Shown: positions 42,116-48,909 of the stretch, one piece after another | Layout of the letters: every line of letters begins with the position of its first letter | How positions within the stretch are numbered: the first letter of the stretch is position 1 | NCBI GenBank assembly: GCA_001949185.1 | Contig: BDGG01000003.1 | Location: 1-48,909 of the forward strand | Origin: Ramazzottius varieornatus | Lineage: Eukaryota; Animalia; Tardigrada | DNA: 48,909 nucleotides | Direction of reading: 5' to 3' | The notes under the pieces: generated by a model | Told to the model about the DNA's origin: nothing | The model's input: the letters and a program-made list of their open reading frames with translations, nothing else | Database searches by the model: none | Position numbers and translations under genes: made by a program

Positions 42116-45077
42116 CTACAACGACAGAGAAACAGCTAGAGCCGCGCCGAACGCCGCGTCTCTTCCCTCTTCTTCCTGGACCACAACCGGCAGCCCGAAG
42201 ACTTTCGTGACGTATCGGCACAACTGCGGGAATTTCTTGAACAACGACCCGGTCAAAACTATCCTGTCAATACTCGACTGTAGTAGAATCTGTGGAGGTA
42301 ACATTACAGCTAGGTTCTCAATCACACCCTTCAAAAATCCTCTCGTAACAAAACCTAGTTTTACGTTCTCTAGACTCAATCCTTCCACGCTCGCGCGAAG
42401 GTTTGAGTCGAATCGTTCAGCGTAAATTGTAGGTCGGATGGTTGGATCGTCAGATGTGGTCCAGTCTTCGCTGTTGGCTGCAGAAATTATCTTGGACCAG
42501 ATGACATCTTCGCTGAAGTCCAGGTCAAACTGTCCGATCCAGTCTAGGAGCGTCTTGACAAAGAACGTCAAGACGTTGCCGCCGTTGAGGGAGGGTGCGA
42601 CAACGAGCTCGCGACCGGAATGGGAAGGCTTACCGCTGGTGGAACTGAAGTAGGAGCGAACGTCACAAGCGGAAGGAATGACGAGGTCAGCGCGGGAACG
42701 TATGAAGGAAATCTGGGAGGAAGTGCTGAAATTTAACACTGCGAAGAAAGGAAAAATTAAGATTAAAAGAAAAGTCGGCAAATAACTTTGCCCAGCTCAT
42801 TTTCCCAAAGTGGTGCACGTCTTCAGTGTTACTGGCTTGAAGTGTGTGCCACTTAGAGAAGCGATCTCATTGTTTTCCCAAGTTATTTTCCCACGCTCTT
42901 AGACAATAACAGCGCAGAAGTGCGCCACTTGACATAACGATATGAGTGAAACGTCATTCCCAACGTCCCGAATCACTAAGCTGAAACTTTTCTGAGCGTA
43001 CCTGCGTCGGTGTCTTTCGCAACGGTGGCGATGAAAGAGGTCTGCAAATCGCCCATTGCTACACTGACTGGAATGGTCTGTCGATCTCGGTTCATCCCGT
43101 GGAAGCTGGATCCTGGTCGGAGAACTCCGAGTATTGTGGTGTTGCAAACGAGGGGAAGAAGACCCACCGGAAACTGGTTTTCTGTCAAACTGCAACGGAC
43201 TGAGTCTGTCATGTTCAAATTACACAAATTAAAAGGTCAGTAAATCAGCTATTTTGAACTTACATTTTGGTGTTCCAAGACCTGCTATGCCGATCGAAAA
43301 ATCCCCAAGACTCAGCATTGTGCGGAGAGATCACTGCGGATTTCGAGTTCGTCAGCAAGCAAGCTATGAAGTCCATAATGGTTCCTGCTTCTGAATAGTA
43401 CTCCAGCACTGCGGGATCATTCTTTTGCAACCAGAAGAGCGAACAGCTTCCGTACCCTGAAAAGGCATAAGTTTTCCAACGAGAGAAGGACTCCAGACGG
43501 CCATTTCATGTCATGTCATATGCCGTCATGTCGTGCCACAGGCCCACAGCCCAGCATTACAATTACATGGTCACACTAACATTACAGAAATCCGGGTAGG
43601 ACTTAACTTAGCAGTCCTTATAGCCTTCAAGAAATCTTCCCGTACATCCCACTGACGTCCTAGAGGAAGCTTTCGATTACTTGGGCCTTCGACATGCTAC
43701 ATGACTGGGCTGCCTGGGCGGGTGGGCCGCAGACCCTGCTCAAAAGAGAAGCTTCCCGAATACTGTATGAAAATTGGATTTGCGGTAAAATCATAAACCG
43801 ATTTTTGATGTGTTAAGTCGCGTGGTTTGATACAGTTGGTATCAGGTCAATAAACCACGTGTTGCGCTTTGATATGCGCCACTGTAATGGGAATTTTTGG
43901 TTTACAGGGCGTTTCCAGAGTGGATGACTATGCTGGATAAAAACAGGGTTCGTAGCCGCCGTGTTGCTTACATGGAGGAACCAAAGCCTGAAGAGCTGTG
44001 TGATGACAAAAGCTGTGAACATACAAGGTGGTCAAAGTAGGTCGTGTTGGAAGCAGCAGAAAATCATATTCGTCATTTCGTTATCGTTGGCATGGTCCAG
44101 AGGCGGCTGGAGGTATCAAGAAGGTACGCAATTTGGCCCTTTTTCTACGAAGATGCTTGTCAGGTCCGTGCTCGGCACAACCTTGACTGATAATCCATAA
44201 AAATTTCGTGGAAAAAGGGCCAAATTGCGGACCTTTTTAATACATCCAGCCGCCTCTAGGTCATGGTCCATTTCGGATATGGTAATCGACCCTTGGAAGT
44301 ACATGATGAATTGAGGAAGGTGACGTACGTTAGGTAACGCTTCGGGATTACTGAACACTGGCGCTAGCTGACTAGTGGGCAGCAGTGGCAAAAGCAGTTC
44401 TTGTTTGGAATCGATTAATATGATGGACTGCACGGTCATAATGCTCTTTACCCTAATGTCGATTTTTCATCGAAAGGACAAGCCGCGGGTTGCCAATTGT
44501 CATAAGCTTTCATCCATTTGATAAACTACTTACGTAGGCTCACGTGATGAAGACCCACCTGTTGCTAGCACTTGATCTGGTTGCGGCTTCGGTAGTGTTT
44601 CCAGGAAGTCCTTCGTGCAGCGCTGATCCTGCCAGGTGATCAGGTTCGAAAATTCGCAGATGTCCGAAAGAGCGGTGAATTTCGTCAGAGTGACATTGGA
44701 CCAGGCTGCTTTCCGCTTCCACAGCATCACCCCATGCTGTTGTCCGCAAATTCCGACCGCCTAAAAATGGAATTATTCTTGTGTGAATGCAAGCTAGCGG
44801 AACAGAAAAGTTTCCTTCGTCTACTTACGATAACGTTGGATAAAGTGTGAGGTCCAATTTCTGCTAGTAGGATGTTCAGAGCAGTCCATATTTTCTCAAC
44901 ATATTGCTCGCTGAAGCCGGGTGGTAGGTTTGGGACATCCGCGAAGGTTTTCTGGGAGTAGGATTGATTCGTCGCCACTCGCTTTGTTACCGCGTCGATA
45001 ACGGAAACTTTAACGGTGGTTGTGCCCAGATCGATGCCTAAAATCACTCCATGCTTCCGGTTCTGGCCACCTTTCAT
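42116..45077 (-). CDS. SHPK: Sedoheptulokinase (FGGY kinase family)
   Basis: LGIDLGTTTVKVS; GQQHG; NLITWQDQRC; GYGSCSLFWL; NAESWGFF; AMGDLQTS; NFSTSSQIS; PSLNGGNVL; PTIYAER; DAAFGAAL. Confidence 0.9.
42810..42928. repeat. Family A element plus a degenerate second unit in an SHPK intron
   Basis: GTGGTGCAC-N25-GTGTGCCAC (42810-42852); second right arm GTGCGCCAC at 42920-42928. Confidence 0.7.
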
Positions 45078-45368
45078 CTCCGCCGACTCGAGCAACACAG
45101 GGACAGCTTCCACCTGAAGAAATGAGAAAGTTGCACACTGCGGGATAACCTAGCGCGAAAAAGTGTCTCATACCTATGGAGGCAACGAGACTTTTGTGAG
45201 TTGCATCTACGGAAGCGATGGAGTGAGCCACGCGGACTGTGAACTGTGCGAAGATAAGAACCGGAATTTGGTCTATAAACCCAGTAAAAACGATAACGAG
45301 TCATAACGACATCCCGATATAGTCTGCCGGCTGTAGTACTAACAAGAATGCGCCGCTGAACAGCACGA

Positions 45369-45418
45369 CCACCAGGTGGCGCATCGGTCGCAGAAGGAAA
45401 CGAGCTACGCTGCGCCGC
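45369..45418. promoter_or_regulatory. Family A-like element whose left arm is a canonical CTCF-type core, in the SHPK/C2orf69 divergent promoter
   Basis: CCACCAGGTGGCGC at 45369-45382; GTGGCGCAT-N25-CTGCGCCGC. Confidence 0.45.
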
Positions 45419-45605
45419 TTGATCGAGGTGTGAACTCACCTGGTGTGAACAGCTGTCACACTGACAGACTTCCGACCGGAGATGAATTATCAACCAGCTT
45501 TCGTTTCGTGCTCGCCGGTCGTTACGATCTGATTTCATATGCAACGATCAATTTCTCACGTACGGTTTATCGCTTTATAGGTTACGGCACTCTGGTTGCG
45601 GGAAG

Positions 45606-46451
45606 ATGGCTCCTCGCGTAGTTCGAGCCGTCGGAGGCTACGGTAATCGAAGGAACGACGTGGTGATCAGCGACAACTTCGCCACTGCTTCTTCGCCGCG
45701 CACCGTCGTTTACTTCGGCGGAGACATCCAGGATCTCGACGAAGTGATGCAGCAACAACCAGAGTGTCACCCTTTCTTGTTCTGGAGTTTGGAAAACACG
45801 GTGGAAATTGTACAGGAGTCTTTCCCTAACAGCCGTATCGTCGCAGTCCGACCTTCGAGAAAACAAGACGTCCTGTACAGCTGCTTTGACAATTTCGTAC
45901 TATCCTCACCTCAAATTTCTCCCTCTGCCTACAGCCCCAATTTCCATGCTCTCCAACACCTAGATCTCATTTTGTCGAATCTAAAACAAAGATTGGGAAT
46001 AGAAGGACTGGAGGAAAGAGACGAAGAGATTATTCTGATCGGATTCAGCAAAGGCTGTGTGGTCCTCAATCAACTGGTGCATGACATCACCGCGCAGTGT
46101 GCGGTGATGCATGGAGCATGCGCACCAAGCGAGGACAGGGATGGGCCACGCTTGCTGCGCACCATGCGCGAGATGCACTGGGTGGACTGTGGTCATTGGG
46201 GTCCAGTGGAGTTTTACGTCGCAGACCCTAACCTCCTGACGTCACTGCGGGATCTCCGTATTGAAGTCCATGTCGTCACTTCACCGTACCAAACGAAGAA
46301 TCCAGCTCGCCCTGACTATCTTCCCCAACTACAGAGATTCTGTGATGTTTGTAAAGAGCTGGGAGTCCTTAAAAGCCACCAGCACTTATTCGAACACGAT
46401 AAAATCAGCATAGAGCGACATTTTCAAACGTTAAAAGAGATAAAACAATGA
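45606..46451 (+). CDS. C2orf69: C2orf69/UPF0565 family protein (intronless)
   Basis: VYFGGDIQD; WSLEN; YSCFDNFV; LIGFSKGCVVLNQL; WVDCGHWG; VHVVTSPYQ; HFQTL. Confidence 0.88.
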   Translation: MAPRVVRAVGGYGNRRNDVVISDNFATASSPRTVVYFGGDIQDLDEVMQQQPECHPFLFWSLENTVEIVQESFPNSRIVAVRPSRKQDVLYSCFDNFVLSSPQISPSAYSPNFHALQHLDLILSNLKQRLGIEGLEERDEEIILIGFSKGCVVLNQLVHDITAQCAVMHGACAPSEDRDGPRLLRTMREMHWVDCGHWGPVEFYVADPNLLTSLRDLRIEVHVVTSPYQTKNPARPDYLPQLQRFCDVCKELGVLKSHQHLFEHDKISIERHFQTLKEIKQ

Positions 46452-46504
46452 AAAAAGCCGCCAAGTTTCCGTCTGTTATCGGTAAGTCGTCAAACTTTTC
46501 TCGT

Positions 46505-47524
46505 CTAGATTTTCAAATCCAGCTTTACATCAAAGTTAAAACCGTGGTTCATCTTGTCATGGAAAGGTGGGACCCAACGTCTGGCAGCATGGCGGAAGAA
46601 CAGTTGTTCATCGCAGTACTGCGATGCCACGAAAGCACTCTGCGTCCAGATTTCCCCAATCTTCTCCACGGGTGTACCCAACGCTCGTTGAGCGCCGATC
46701 GTGTACAGCAAAGTTCCAGCCGGCACTTGATTAATGATATCCACCCTGAAATCGTTGATGCTTTTGGGATCTCCAGCTTTGGTCAGATCAGGATTCGGTA
46801 CGATGACCACGCGTAGGGGCGCAATAACGGCGCCATCAATTTCGACGCCCGCCGAGTCCACACCAGCTTGCTCGTACATTCCCATGTTCAGGACACTTTC
46901 AGGCCTGTCGTTAGGCCCACCAGGCAACGTCTGAAGTGCTTGCATCATCACAGTTCCTATGCCAGTATTGGGAGCATAAATCATGTTACTCAGAGGTCCC
47001 AGGAAGTAGTTGTGATTGGGGTGTTGATCCGGAAGTGGACCGGCAATACTGTTAAAGTGAAAGTTCTGGGAGGGACCGAGGTCCAGCAAGATTTTCATGG
47101 CCAGCTGTGGGGCGAACGAGTCAGCAGCCAGGTGTTGTAACGATAGTCTGACCAGGCCGATTCCTCCGCTCTTGAACAAACCCGTGTAGCCGGTAGAAGA
47201 GTTGGCATATGCCACGAACTCCACCATGGCACAGACGCCGTAGGGGTTGAAGAGGCGGTAGCGGCCTGCAGGCATCTCATCACCCATATTCAGGAAGACT
47301 GGCGGGTAGTAGCTGGCATTGAACAACTGTTTCGGGTCGACGCTGGGATTTTGTGGAAACTTGGACGGAAGTGAGTCCAAACTGTACGTGGAAGCGGCTA
47401 TCAGCGACCAGAGCGTCGCTTGCTTGTCGGCACCCAGCAAAGTGTCATAGGAGGCATCCAACGCAGCGGAAACCAAGCAGCCAGAAACTATCCAGAATAC
47501 CACAAACCCGAAATTCCCAGCCAT
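46505..47524 (-). CDS. Intronless secreted protein, probable heme-dependent catalase-like fold
   Basis: Signal peptide; GVCAMVEF...YTGLFKSGGIGLVRLS...PQLAMKILLD...SQN...NYFLGPLSN...KIGEI...SQYCDEQLFFRH, a pattern I associate with uncharacterised catalase-related proteins. Confidence 0.6.
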   Translation of the reverse strand: MAGNFGFVVFWIVSGCLVSAALDASYDTLLGADKQATLWSLIAASTYSLDSLPSKFPQNPSVDPKQLFNASYYPPVFLNMGDEMPAGRYRLFNPYGVCAMVEFVAYANSSTGYTGLFKSGGIGLVRLSLQHLAADSFAPQLAMKILLDLGPSQNFHFNSIAGPLPDQHPNHNYFLGPLSNMIYAPNTGIGTVMMQALQTLPGGPNDRPESVLNMGMYEQAGVDSAGVEIDGAVIAPLRVVIVPNPDLTKAGDPKSINDFRVDIINQVPAGTLLYTIGAQRALGTPVEKIGEIWTQSAFVASQYCDEQLFFRHAARRWVPPFHDKMNHGFNFDVKLDLKI

Positions 47525-47804
47525 TCTTCAATATGATTAAATTACGAATCGGGGGTTATTCGCGCAAAGATGGAGTCTATTCTTCATACCGGTACATTGC
47601 TGGGTGGCGTAACGAACAGTTCGAAGTCAGAATATATGGAGCAAAACTACTCCAGGTTTACAGCTCTACTAATAGATTCTGTAGCAACAAGTTTCAACAA
47701 CTATCCAAAGTCACCCATCCGCTGAACTCCAAACTATCAAGACCTGGCATCTCAAGAGTATGTTCGATAACAAAACAAAAGTTGAAGGTCACAGAAAGTC
47801 AGCC

Positions 47805-48909
47805 TCAAACGCCAAAGACTTTCTTGGCCAAAGCAGGCGGAAGTTGGTTTCGGATCATAGCTGGAGTTTGGATCACGTTGATGAGTTCTCCATCCGTTGA
47901 CAGCACACAACTCACCACATTCTGAAGAAAACAGAAGACCAAGATTGCCGAAACGAAACAGAAATCTCCCGGAATAGAAGCACTTCCTCTTCAGTCTGAA
48001 ACCACAATCAGGGACGTGGGCAAATCACATCCTCCAAACGAGCCAGGTCGTTACGTCAAGTGGCGCATATTTTCGAAAATTTTGGCCGAATATGTGCGCC
48101 ACTTGGAAAACGATCTGGCTCATTAATTGTGATTTGCCCACGTCCCATCTTATTTCCTGCAATTTTCTACCTCGTCGTAGTTCAGTTCCTTCTTGACTTT
48201 CCACATCTTTCCTTCCTTGACCAGAAGCACTCCAGCTTTCCAGTTATGCAGGACAGCCAAGTCTTCATGAACCGAACAGTTCGTGAAAGCCACCACTTCC
48301 TTCACTGCCTCTTCGCTTCCTCCTTCCATCACTATCCTCTGATATGACAGTGTATGAAGGTTGAAAGTCACCACGGTACCATCAGCATAAGCCAGTAGAA
48401 GATCTGCTTGTTTGTGAGTGCTGAGAGCCAGCGCTGTCACGATGGAGGTCGACTGTGAAGGCAGGATTGTTCTGTAGGAAGTCCTTCTCTGCTGCGCGCT
48501 TTCTTCGTCGTCGTCTTGGGCCATCACTACATCGCCCGAAGACTTCTCCAAATCGAAAACTTCAACCTTGTTTTTGGAAGTGACGATGGCGACAAAACGA
48601 CCGTTGGAAGAAAGCAGCCGGACCTTTTCATCTGAAAAACACAAATTCATGCAGTAACAGCGTTCAGTCAGCCAATCGATAGCGAATACACAAGAAAAAC
48701 TCACCCGGAAATAACGAGCAAATGTTCCTCTTGTCAACTACTGAAGCTGAATGTTCGCCGCTCGCTATCCACTTGAGCTTACAGTGGAAAACTTCGCTAG
48801 AATCAGCTACTACCAGTCTGCCCTCTTCGGAGAAGGTTAGGCTATCAACCGGAAGTGCGAAGATGTCGGTGGATTTCGAAGCCGGCACCAAATCGATGTC
48901 GACTTTGTC
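47805..48909 (-). CDS. UTP4: U3 snoRNA-associated protein 4 / cirhin, 3' part
   Basis: WD40-like strands (LPSQSTSIVTALAL...LLLAYADGTVVTFNL) and a last exon ending IRNQLPPALAKKVFGV*, matching the UTP4 terminal LPP..KK.FG motif. Confidence 0.75.
48060..48102. repeat. Family A 43-bp palindromic element in a UTP4 intron
   Basis: CAAGTGGCGCAT-N25-GTGCGCCACTTG. Confidence 0.8.

Noticed and set aside
41790-42425. 211-aa plus-strand ORF
   Set aside because: Half is antisense to the last SHPK exon and there are no family features.

Overview
Gene-dense, intron-rich animal DNA with mostly 55-120 bp GT-AG introns and short intergenic gaps, consistent with a compact invertebrate genome (tardigrade-like; this is inference only). 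Gene order: possible partial gene(-), ZC3H18(-), CTNNBL1(+), small Sel1-repeat protein(-), MTHFD1(+), C18orf21/RMP24-like(-), ABHD4/5(+), tRNA-Val(CAC)(-), DCTN4(-), PIGU(+), FAM187A-like Ig membrane protein(+), Tbx20/midline-H15(-), translin(+), Tan-like C45 hydrolase(-), SHPK(-), C2orf69-like(+), intronless secreted catalase-fold-like protein(-), UTP4(-, partial). The most striking structure is an ~8.6 kb nested inverted duplication around the T-box gene (28186-36803). Its left arm is a 'ghost' copy that lacks the proximal promoter and all exons but keeps five non-coding blocks, one of them identical over ~357 bp. Two dispersed families of fixed-spacing inverted motif pairs also occur (GTGGCGCAC-N25-GTGCGCCAC and ACCTGCATAC-N29/30-GTATGCAGGT), plus a degenerate Tc1/mariner-type MITE in an MTHFD1 intron. 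All alignments and exon joins were done by eye, so boundaries may be off by a few bases.
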